Source of the DNA: Corallochytrium limacisporum Hawaii
Lineage: Eukaryota > Protista > Pluriformea
Reading direction: 5' to 3'
DNA: 64,000 bases
NCBI GenBank assembly: GCA_002811645.1
Contig: PDIP01000016.1
Span: forward strand, 62,001-126,000
Of the stretch, positions 45,138 to 55,400 are shown in pieces. The translations under genes and the position numbers were made by a program. Under the pieces are notes generated by a model, which did not search any database, was not told the DNA's origin, and was given only the letters and a program-made list of their open reading frames with translations. Position 1 is the first letter of the stretch, and every line of letters starts with the position of its first letter.

Positions 45138-46891
45138 GTCTGTTTGGAGTGTTTGATTGGCATGAAAAGAAGCGATTTAATGAACTGGTATGAACTGTTG
45201 TCATGGCATGGCTGTGATTATTTCACAACCAGAATATCACACGGACTCCTGCTTCCCATCCGGTGGCAGCGTTTTGGTCAAGGCCAGTTTTGAGCCAATG
45301 GAATGTCTGTGCTGCCTTGTCATGGCAATCAGAGAGTCATCAGTGAACGTATCATGATTCAGTGGCAGGCCCTCTTCAAATATAGATGAGACATCAAAGG
45401 AAACTTCACTTATTACCGAGTGCGCTAGCCGGGTCCAGGCACTGAGGCGAAGTGCTTTCAATGATCGTCTTTTGCTTAACGGATATCTATCTCACAACAG
45501 AAAGGTCGTTCCTCAATAGAGTTCGGAGGATCAAACAATTGGTGGTAACGACTTGAGCACTTTCGGGACCTATGCGACATGGAAACCTCCCTGCCATCCG
45601 AAGCTGGCTGATGATCAGGCTGGCAGTGGATTATTCCAAATGCATTCTTTCGTAACGACTCCAATGCAACGACATTCGCGGTTCCACTAACGTTATCAGG
45701 CTTTAGAGCTTTACCATGGTACTGCCAGGAGGTGGCTGATCAGCACTTGTTCTCCGCCATACCTTTAGCCGCAATGAGGATCATTGCGTTCGGATTGCGC
45801 AGTGCGTAGCCTTGCGTGTAAGCTGTGTGTGCGAACGGGAAACCCTCCGCGCTCGTGGAGCACCTTTCTCCCAAAGAACCACGTCCATTCCACCCCACCG
45901 ACCATAGACCGAACACCTGCGCACTGCTGCTTCTGATTGAGTACCGAGGTGTGTCGTTCTGAGTACATTCACTACTGAGCACGGAATACGTCCCTCTGAT
46001 TGGTCAAAATGGTGCACATGAATTGGGGCCCTCAACGGTTTCACCTACAATAATTTGAGGTGGATTAATTGGCATATATTTACTATTGGAAAGGGTCGAA
46101 AGCCAATTCCTCCTACTCAAACTGTTGCAGTCCCTAAATGACAACCCCGCCTAACCCCTGCCGGTATGGGGTCAGCAAGAGATGCAGGGCGGAATGGCAT
46201 GGCAAAGAATCTGTTGGCTACTACCGTACTTTCAGTATCGAAGCTAAGAGGCGGGAGCCGGCACGGGGAGTGAATTTTTTTTTTTTTGCATGCTAATTCG
46301 AGCCTCTCATTGGGTTCGAGCGTGCGCGCTACACGCGAAATATTGCCTTTGAATTGCTATTGTATCTATAAAATTTCAATATATTTATCATAGAAGTAAT
46401 GAATCTAAGTATTGTCGTGACCTGTCAAAGCGAGCCTACAAATGCCCGACTAAGGCCAATCGAGCGCAAACGCCTGCGTTACCGACGGGCTACGTGTGAG
46501 AAGAGATAGCAGAAAAAGTTGGTGGGTTGCCGGTGAACCAATGAAAACACTGCGCTCTGTCTGTTTACCCGCTCCCCGGGGCTCATCCTTTGGGTAGCTT
46601 TAAGAAGGGAGAACCGCCTAGGCTGGGCACGGTTACAAAGAATGGGGGATCAGAGAAGAGTTTATAGGTGTATGCGCTCACATTTCAAAGGCACTACATG
46701 CGACGTTCTAGCTGAGATAGCAAGCAACTGCTAGGTATTTTAGATTTTTTTCGTTCGTCAAAGTAGAACCGTAGCCAGCTGTGTTCATTATCTACGTGTG
46801 CTGCAAGAATATGCATCGGAGTGTTTGACAACCAACAAATCGTGGTTGCGTCTGTTTTAAAGAAAAGTAGAACTCAAAACAAATAAGAAAC

Positions 46892-47455
46892 ATGGCTACC
46901 CGCGGTCCTGTCTACGGTCTTGACGCCGAGTTGAAGGCTAAGCAAGCTGCCGCCTACTCCAAGGAGGACGAAGTAATCGCTCGCCAATTTATTGCTGAGA
47001 AGACTGGCGAGACCTCCATCACTGAGGGTGAAGGTCCTGAACAGCTGCAGGAGGTTCTCATGGATGGTGTGATTCTCTGCAAGCTTGCTGACATCTTGAA
47101 GCCTGGCTCTGTGGCTGGCGCTGGCAAGCCTACCAAGATGCCTTTCAAGCGCATGGAGAATATCAACGCCTTCCTCAACTTCTGCGTGGACTTTGGTGTG
47201 ATGACTGCTAACACTTTCCAGACAGTCGACCTCTACGAGGGACAGAACATGCTGCAGGTTGTCCGGTGCATCTGTAACGTCAAACTACTCAGTGAGGGCA
47301 AGGGTGCTCTCAGGTCCAGCGCCCACAAGGAGGTCAAGACTGACCATTCCATTCCCTCCAAGCAAACCGCTGGCTATACGGGTGGTGCCAATGCTTCTGG
47401 CATCAACTACGGTCTCCGCCGTCAGATTGGTGGCTCCACTGAGCAGCTGAAGTAA
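46892..47455 (+). CDS. Transgelin/calponin/Mp20-like actin-binding protein
   Basis: RGP.YGL N-terminus, CH domain (L.DG.ILCKL, MENI..FL, FQTVDLYE), C-terminal calponin repeat G...GA..SG..YG..RQI. Confidence 0.93.
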   Translation: MATRGPVYGLDAELKAKQAAAYSKEDEVIARQFIAEKTGETSITEGEGPEQLQEVLMDGVILCKLADILKPGSVAGAGKPTKMPFKRMENINAFLNFCVDFGVMTANTFQTVDLYEGQNMLQVVRCICNVKLLSEGKGALRSSAHKEVKTDHSIPSKQTAGYTGGANASGINYGLRRQIGGSTEQLK

Positions 47456-47586
47456 GCATATTCTATGTCTGATCATGCTTCCCAATAACAACACAAAATA
47501 TAACAATACACATCGCTGACAACGACGGCGAGACTCTTCAAGGCAATCGTATTACAACACTTTTTTAAAGGACTAGTTTCTTCCAT

Positions 47587-48570
47587 TCAGGGCTTTTTCT
47601 CCTTACTCATACGCTCCATTTCATCCCAAAGCTTGCCACGAGCGTCAGTGCTTTCCTTAGTGAAGGACAGGGGCAGATGAGTTGGGACAGAAGCGCGATC
47701 CTCATAGAACTTGCCACCATCGTCCAGTTTCAGGCGTTCGCACATGCCCAGCCATACCACAGTGTCGGCACCCTCCTGGGGATTACGTAGGTCGTCTTTC
47801 ATCCTCTTGTGGAAGTCAGGCATAGATTCTTGTAGGGCAATGGTATCGGCCCATCCCGGATGCATGCTGAAGAAGGCAGTGTTATACTCCTCTGAGAACT
47901 TCTCCTGGAGCAGCTCAACCAGGATCAATTGCTGGCGTTTTTGCTGGGCGTAGGCCGTGGTTCCTTTATACGGTTTCAGTTTAGTTAAGTTGAGATCCAA
48001 AGACAGCTTCTCTGTGAGAGCACCCCCACTGCTCACGTAGATGACCCTGGAGGGCGACTTCGTCTCGGAACCCTTCTTCAGTGCCGGAAGCAAAGTGCGG
48101 ACCAGGAGATGTGGTCCTAGGCTGTTGGTGGCGAAGTTAAAATCAAAACCTTCGTCGGTGGTCTTTCTGTCGTTCATCATAACTCCTGCATTCTGAACTA
48201 GACAGTTTATCGGTATACCACCCGCTACCCAGTCGTCGGCGAACTTCTGGATATCGTGCAACTTGGACATGTCGAGCAGGTGGACCTGAACGTCTGTGTT
48301 CTTGGTCTCCTGGACGATTTCCTGCCGCGCTTTCTCAGCCTTGTCCTTGCTACGACAGATCATGTGAACGGTAGCTCCAGCTTTGGCAAAGGCACGGCTT
48401 GCTTCGTAGCCAATACCACTGTTGGCGCCAGTGATCACATAATGTAGACCCTTGAGACTCACGTCAGTGTCACTAGCCACAAAATCCTTGGCTCGAGCCT
48501 GGTATCCAGACTTTGTGTAGTGCTTCTTACCATTGAAGTACCAGATAATCGTTGTCAGTGTTCCAAACAT
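47587..48570 (-). CDS. DHRS12: Short-chain dehydrogenase/reductase, DHRS12-like
   Basis: TGANSGIG, NAG, YAQQKRQQ (YxxxK), MHPGWADT, GADTVVWL. Confidence 0.9.
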   Translation of the reverse strand: MFGTLTTIIWYFNGKKHYTKSGYQARAKDFVASDTDVSLKGLHYVITGANSGIGYEASRAFAKAGATVHMICRSKDKAEKARQEIVQETKNTDVQVHLLDMSKLHDIQKFADDWVAGGIPINCLVQNAGVMMNDRKTTDEGFDFNFATNSLGPHLLVRTLLPALKKGSETKSPSRVIYVSSGGALTEKLSLDLNLTKLKPYKGTTAYAQQKRQQLILVELLQEKFSEEYNTAFFSMHPGWADTIALQESMPDFHKRMKDDLRNPQEGADTVVWLGMCERLKLDDGGKFYEDRASVPTHLPLSFTKESTDARGKLWDEMERMSKEKKP

Positions 48571-49789
48571 AGCGCAGTTTCAATTTGTTATTGCTATACA
48601 TGCACCAGTTACAAACTCTCCGTGGGCACTAAATACATTACAATTCGAACAATTTGCTACATGATTCACCGTTAAATACCACTACCACTTGTCAACCCCT
48701 GTCATTCACTCACAAGATGTTCCTTGCTAAATCTGAATGACAGTGCCCATATGCAAACAGTACCATCGCTGTCGATCTTGTGTGCCGAAACCAAATGGGC
48801 CTGCAGAGATTGATTCTTGCGTCACCTCATAGAGATGGACCTATCCTTTTCCGTGTGGAATACTGATGGAGCGCAGGCTTGACAAGCCGAGACCGGTGCT
48901 TCATTGACTACTGAATATTGTACCGGAATGGCCGTTGGAAAGAAACCCCACGAATAAGTTCTTCAGGTTCGACCCCTCTCTCGAACTGTTACGGTCTGTC
49001 TCGGGAGCTATGGCCGCATTCCCCCCAATCCTAGCACCGGCACCTAGTGCTCAAGAAAAAGCGGGTCGTAATGATCCTTACAGTTGTTCGGGAGTCTATT
49101 TTTCTTCTATCCGGAAAAGGAAGTTTCAACCCTTTGCGGGTTTCACTGGTCTCGGCCGCTGGGCGCAGTGTGACCGAGGTGATCGGTTGCGGTTGTGTAC
49201 AGCAAAGAAAATGAAGGGGAGGGCTTCGTGAAATGGACCAGGGTTCAGGGTAAGGCCAAACAGAAAGGGGGCGCCCAAGTGTTGCTGCCATTGAAAAGGG
49301 AAGCCGCATAGTTGCGGAGGGTCAGAACATTGGCAACCGGACTGCGCCACCCGGAAGCCTGAATGCACCTGTTGCTAATTGATTCTTGAACGCCGTACGG
49401 CTGTGCACACCCAATATAGGTTCAAAGTTCATACACTTTCAGTGGATACCTGACTCTCCTCTGACTTTCCTAGCTCTCTCCTGATACCCACCTTTATTTT
49501 AGCCGTCGAGCGCTGAGCCTTACCCAATTAGGGAGGGCGAGGAGCGGGCAGACGGTTTTGTGGAAGGGGCCCTTTCCGAATTGGCTGCCCTGCACAGCAT
49601 TGGCTTTTCTACACAGAGGTGCCTTGGAACGCAATGGCTCCTTAAGATGGTGGTATTTGAGTAAGAGCGAATTTGATGTGAAGATCTTGAAGTCTTTGTC
49701 TCGTCCTAAATTGTAGAAAAAGGGAGTATGGCGATGGTTCGCTACTAGGGTGTGCCAGAAACGAAATCTAGACCGCTGACAAATGCCAA

Positions 49790-52108
49790 ATGCCAGTCAA
49801 AGATATGACGGCAAAAACTGCGAAGTACAAAGTCTTGTTCGACTTTGACGCCCAGGAGGAAGGGGACCTCGGCCTCAAAGTTGGAGAAATTGTGGAAATC
49901 ATTTCTAAACAGGACCGTTCCGGTAACCATCAATGGTGGACAGTGCGCAATAGGAAAGGCAATGAGGGAATCGTGCCCTACAACTACATACAGGCGGTGG
50001 CTGGCGACGATGATGACGGCCCAGTGGAGTCAGACGATGACAGCGACAGCTCTGGTGTTGATGACCAATTCACAGAGTGTTCTTCTACTGCAGGAGGCAA
50101 CCCTGCGTCCTCGGGACTCAACCAGTACCCTCGACCTCCGAGCCACGGCAATGGCTTCACGGAAACAGCAGAAGACCTCAGAGTGGCATTGCTAGAGCAC
50201 CGAGCCCAACAGCCTCCATTGTCTCCAACCAAAGAAGAACCTGAACCTGAGTATGAAGAACCAAAGAGAAAGCAAGGGAATGCCTCAGCCAAGGCTGCGG
50301 CGGCGGGAGTGGGCACCGTGACTATGGCAAAGAATCTTCAGGGTGGTGACAAGGGAAAGGCCCAAGCAATGCGTCCACCACCCCCAGAGACTCCTTACAC
50401 ACCCGTTGAAACTCCTTTGAGTGAACCGCCATCAACAAATTCAACATCACCCACGGCAACCCCTGCAGCAGCCATCGCTTTAAGCTCTGCGCATTCGCGG
50501 CAAGTGACCCAGCTTGGCGAGCCGACACTAAATGGCACGGCTACATCATCAGCGACTGCAGGATCATTTGCGGGTAAGCATGGTGCAGCAATAGCAGGGA
50601 CCACAGCAGTGGCAGCGGGTGCTGCCGTTGCGACCGATTCATCAGATGCTGCTTCCTCAAAGAGTCCAGTGTACGATGCCCCTGCCTACAGCGACGGAGG
50701 AGCTCCTCCGTCCTACAGAGAAAACCTTGATGCGTCTGCGTATCTTGAAGTCGACGGAAAGGCAGCTGCAGCGGAGGCAGGTACTAGCAAAGCTGGTCTT
50801 GCGAGACAGAACACAACCTCAGCTCGAATGCGTGATAGTCCTTATGACAGAATTGAGACGGGAAAGGTCCGAAGGTGGACCACCGGTACGGAAGCAAAGA
50901 GTTCGGCACAAAACTTCTACACAACGAATGAATTCCTGAAGGTGACAGTTAGCGGACCCATAAAAGAGAAGAAGCTCATGAAAACCAAGTCATACTTCAA
51001 CATTGTTAGTAGCACAAATATCAAGACCTACACCTCGCGGGAAATGAATGCGCAACGGGATTTATCCGATGCCCTGATGCTTCGTAGTATGCTCCTTGAA
51101 GAACATTTCAATCGTGTCATCCCTCCAGAGCCCTATAAAGGCAAACGGGGTTTCGGAGGTGGCGATGAGTACGAAGCGCAAAGGATTGTGAGGTCCATGG
51201 CTATCTACTTGAACCGTATTGCAAAGCATCCGATCTTGCGTGAATCAAAGGCTGTTAAACTTTTCTTGGGCGGGACCCGGTCAGAGTGGAAGTTGGAAAA
51301 GAAACGCTTCAAACCGGCTGTCTACCGACCCGGACCTGCCGCTGAGGCTGGTGTGCTATACGGTGATCTGCTCGGTCTGCAGACCCGCTTGGAACTCAAT
51401 GAAAAAAATTGGAGCGCCCTCAGGAAGCGGTTCTCGAAGGTCAAGTCTGCACACAACGGCACTGATCCTATGACCGGATTTGCAGATACCCTTGAGGTCA
51501 TGGCCCAGAGCTCTACTCCGGAAGCGCGTGGTGGTACAGATTCCATGCGGAAGGTTGCAGCGCTTTTGCGGGAGGGCCCACAGAGGGACAAGGAACAGTA
51601 CAAACTTGAGGATGCCCTCATCGGTATCCAAATCAAGGAGATTAAGCACCACCAGGTCGCAGCCATGGAACTCATCAAGCGCGCAGAAACAGCTGAGTCA
51701 TCCATGCTCCATTACCAGAACCAAAAGAGCCTGCAGGTACAGAAACTGAAACGGGAAAATCCCCGGGCTGGAGACCCCATGAACGGTACCACAGGCTTGC
51801 GTGCGACAGCGCAGCCCACCAGTCTGGACAAGAAGGAAATCAAGGAGGAGCAGAAACAGCAAGCCAAGATCCGTAAAATGGAAAAGGAGTTGGATACGAT
51901 TGTTATGAATCTGAACCACTGGACCAAGCATGCAGATGAGATCAGGGCCACTTCCCTTACTGAGCTGTACGCCTTCCTGCAGCGTAATGATCAGGAGATT
52001 CAGAGATTCATGGGTCACTTTGTGGAGCTTCGCGTCGATTACATCAAGAAGCAGCTGGACGCCTGGTCCCACATCGCTGATGATATTGCACCCGATGACG
52101 ATGAGTGA
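49790..52108 (+). CDS. SH3-PX-BAR sorting nexin (SNX9/18/33-like)
   Basis: N-terminal SH3 (VLFDF, WW, G.VP.NY), low-complexity linker, PX (IPP.P.K, YLNR...HP.L), C-terminal helical BAR-like region. Confidence 0.8.
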   Translation: MPVKDMTAKTAKYKVLFDFDAQEEGDLGLKVGEIVEIISKQDRSGNHQWWTVRNRKGNEGIVPYNYIQAVAGDDDDGPVESDDDSDSSGVDDQFTECSSTAGGNPASSGLNQYPRPPSHGNGFTETAEDLRVALLEHRAQQPPLSPTKEEPEPEYEEPKRKQGNASAKAAAAGVGTVTMAKNLQGGDKGKAQAMRPPPPETPYTPVETPLSEPPSTNSTSPTATPAAAIALSSAHSRQVTQLGEPTLNGTATSSATAGSFAGKHGAAIAGTTAVAAGAAVATDSSDAASSKSPVYDAPAYSDGGAPPSYRENLDASAYLEVDGKAAAAEAGTSKAGLARQNTTSARMRDSPYDRIETGKVRRWTTGTEAKSSAQNFYTTNEFLKVTVSGPIKEKKLMKTKSYFNIVSSTNIKTYTSREMNAQRDLSDALMLRSMLLEEHFNRVIPPEPYKGKRGFGGGDEYEAQRIVRSMAIYLNRIAKHPILRESKAVKLFLGGTRSEWKLEKKRFKPAVYRPGPAAEAGVLYGDLLGLQTRLELNEKNWSALRKRFSKVKSAHNGTDPMTGFADTLEVMAQSSTPEARGGTDSMRKVAALLREGPQRDKEQYKLEDALIGIQIKEIKHHQVAAMELIKRAETAESSMLHYQNQKSLQVQKLKRENPRAGDPMNGTTGLRATAQPTSLDKKEIKEEQKQQAKIRKMEKELDTIVMNLNHWTKHADEIRATSLTELYAFLQRNDQEIQRFMGHFVELRVDYIKKQLDAWSHIADDIAPDDDE

Positions 52109-52418
52109 GATACCGCACACCGTCTCTTGCTGTCACCATTCCAATAAACATTCACCGCCCACAATACACTGAATCCCCGCCTTTGTATAGACCTCTCTAA
52201 ATGGAGCGAAATGGCACTTTCTTTCTTAATTTGGACGCTTGTTTGGTAGCCTTACACCGTGTTTCTGAAGGGCTCCAGCTGGCAATTGTCACCCCACCTC
52301 CCCCTTTCCCCGAAGAGCCAACTGCCTCCAAATTGCTGCCGCACCAGACCCTCACGCGGGCCGCATTTGCAAGCGCTCATTGCCAACCACGGAGCCCTGC
52401 CTAGGTACCTGGTGGGCT

Positions 52419-55400
52419 ATGACCCTCTTATCTGCGCATACAATGGCAAGAATAGGCAAGGACAACTATAATACATTTGGATATGGCCAAAATGAGCCTG
52501 GATCTAACATGAACGTAGATATTGTTAGGAGCTTTTATGGAAACTTCCCGGAGTATCAGTATCAGAACATTGAAAAGGACCGAATACATCGATGTGTTGA
52601 GCGTTGCGAATTATTCGCCACGTCTGGAAATGATGTGCTCTCAGGCACTGTTCCGGCCATCCTCAGGTCGCTGTGTGACTCCACAGACCTTCATTCCCAG
52701 GTAGATGTGTTGAACAAACTTCGCACTGAAGCAATAGAACTCAAAAACAAGGCACATGTGTCTACGCGTGGGTCTGAGATAGCGCTGGCTGTGAGTGAGG
52801 CCGGCTACGTAGCTCGTCGGGCAATAATTGAGCTGGTCTTATCGCCGGTGGCACATTCTCTGTATGGTTTGCTATGCAAAGCTCTACGAGCCGTAAACGA
52901 TGCTATTGGCAAAGCCACTGGGAAAGGGACAAAGCAGATGCATCGTGAATTTGGGGCGGAATTCTTGCTGGCCTTGCTGGAAAATACGTCGGTGTCAGAG
53001 AATTCATATTGGCAAGAACTCCTGATAAGCGAAATTTGTATCTGGACAAAGGGGCTTTGCTTCGATGATCCTTCCGGGGATTTCAAATTGATCACAAGAG
53101 TGTCTCAAACCATTCTCCAACACGTTGACTTCGTAACCCATTACGACCACCTACTGCTGTTCCCATTGTACGCACTGTACCGCGTGGTTAGTAATGCCCC
53201 AAACCAAGCGCAAGTCGCCTTGGAGGACGTCGAAGCCATTATTGGGAGAACCTCGACCATCCTTGACAACGCGGCAAATGTAGAAAGGGGTGTGGAAGAT
53301 CAGCAGCAGCAAATCAACATTCTATCTCTCACTGCCTTGTTATGGGTAAAAAGTGCCATCATTGATGGTTTTGATGCAGTGTTTACGGAGACAGATGCCA
53401 AGCTCAGAGCACTCGGTGAGGATGCAGTGGGATCTCGAGCTCTTGTGTTTGCCGCGTGTACCTTATTCTCTTCAAAGGCTGGTGAACAAATTCCATCGAC
53501 TACCCTGCGAACGGTCAAGCGTGTGCTCAAAACCACAGTTCATGAATATTTCGAAAATCAGTATGCTGAGGAAAGTTGGAGATGGCCCCAGATGATTAGT
53601 GTTGCGTATCTTCGCTACTCAACTACCACTGTTGACGTAACACGTGCTGTCTTCTCCGTATACCCCGAATCGGAGGAACTAGACCTCATTCGCCGTCTCG
53701 CGATCAGCATGGCCAACCACGTTGTTTGTACTGAGCAGCAGCATTGTGTACTTGCCCTCATTAGTGCACTTGCTAAAGCTCTTCAGCGGCTTCACAGCGG
53801 CGTTATTGATGTTGCATGGAAAACACATCCATTCCAGTTGGATCTCCTTGTCAGTCTGCTCGACGGGCATGGATCAGCAACTACTCGCGCTGTGAAGTAC
53901 AAGGGAGTCGTTAAGATTCTAGAGCACGAAGAGATCAGTATCCTCTTCAAAACCCAAGGGAAGAACGGCATCGATCCTCTCGCACGAATCTTTGAACAGT
54001 TGCAACGGGACCGGGGAGATGGTCGTCCCACTGTAATTTACAAACAGTTGGTTCGCGCATACGAACTTGGCCGTTTGAGACGTGATTATTGCCAACAACT
54101 TGTGGAGCACGTCCGGCACGCCATTTCTGCTGACATGCAGGACTGCAACTTATTACTGCCAAAGGGTGATCATTCCATGCTACGGGATCTGGTACAAGTC
54201 TTGGATCCTTCGGAATCTGACTACGATGTATGCATCCTGCTGTACATTTTATGTAATGCTAAGGGCCTGGCATTAGAGCGAGCATGGACCAGTTTTGAAG
54301 AGGTGGACTTCGACCTTGTGATTTGGGGTATAATTGCAAAGAGAAAGCTGGTGTACATGTACCCATTGGTGATAAAATTAATTTGCGGACCTGTTGATGC
54401 TCACTTCGGGGAACATCTGCGAGGAAGCATGCAGAGACTGATTGCTTTTTTTGATTTCCTGCTTTGCGAAGACATCGACCGGGACTTGCTGTCTGCCATT
54501 CGTGACAGCACCGGCGCAGCCATGGCGTCCAAGGACACAGAAAATCGCGGTGAGTGGGCTGAATACCTGATCCGAGAATGTAAATATGCGCTCCGTCCTT
54601 CCGTTGCCCCAGGGCCAGGAGATCTGCTCGGTGGCTGTTTGGTGGACCTAATGCAGGTGACGAGTACCTGCCAGATGGTTTGCAAGAAATTTAGCAACGA
54701 CCTGGTGATCATCAGCAGGCTGCTGCCGACCACACACAATTCGGTCTTGAGCCCTTTGCCAAGAATGCTATTGGAATCGTCAGTGATAAGTGCTGGCTTG
54801 CTTATGGAACAATACCTTAATGACATCAATGATCGACTGGAATTCATGTCTGTGGAGAGTTTCAGTGATGTGCTTGCCCATAGCAGTGGCGTTGTGGACT
54901 TGATTGCCAGACTTGAAGGCCCTCTGTTAGTATTCGACACGGCATCTCGGAGGTTCAAAAGTACATCCTCGGCTGATTCTGCCGGACTGGTGACAAGCAT
55001 CGACAGTGTTTTGCAATCTATGCCCACACAGCTGTCGGAGGGTATTTTTACTGAACTGGTGGCCTTGAACATCTGTCTGCGGCAGCTTCCTGGTCGATGT
55101 CTTCTCGCTCTCGACCAAGATTCCTTTGATGGATTGATTAACCTGTTACTCAACGATGAGCTGGGTCTATTGCCCTTGCTGCAGAGTGATACACCAGAGA
55201 GTGCAAATATTGGGGATGATGGAAATGAGGATATCGATGCTGACGATGGCAGCTATAGACCAATGATGATTGCCTGGCGCGTTGTCGAACAGAAGGCACT
55301 CATATTAACTGATGTGGCTGCGTCTTCCGCAGTGGCAAAAGTCACAAACTATGACTACAGGGCACTGGTACGTCGTTCAATGAAAGATTTTTTCGTGAAT

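Noticed and set aside
49250-49502. Possible 5' UTR intron upstream of the sorting nexin (GTAAGG...TTTTAG)
   Set aside because: Weak donor and branch signals; cannot be supported without transcript data.
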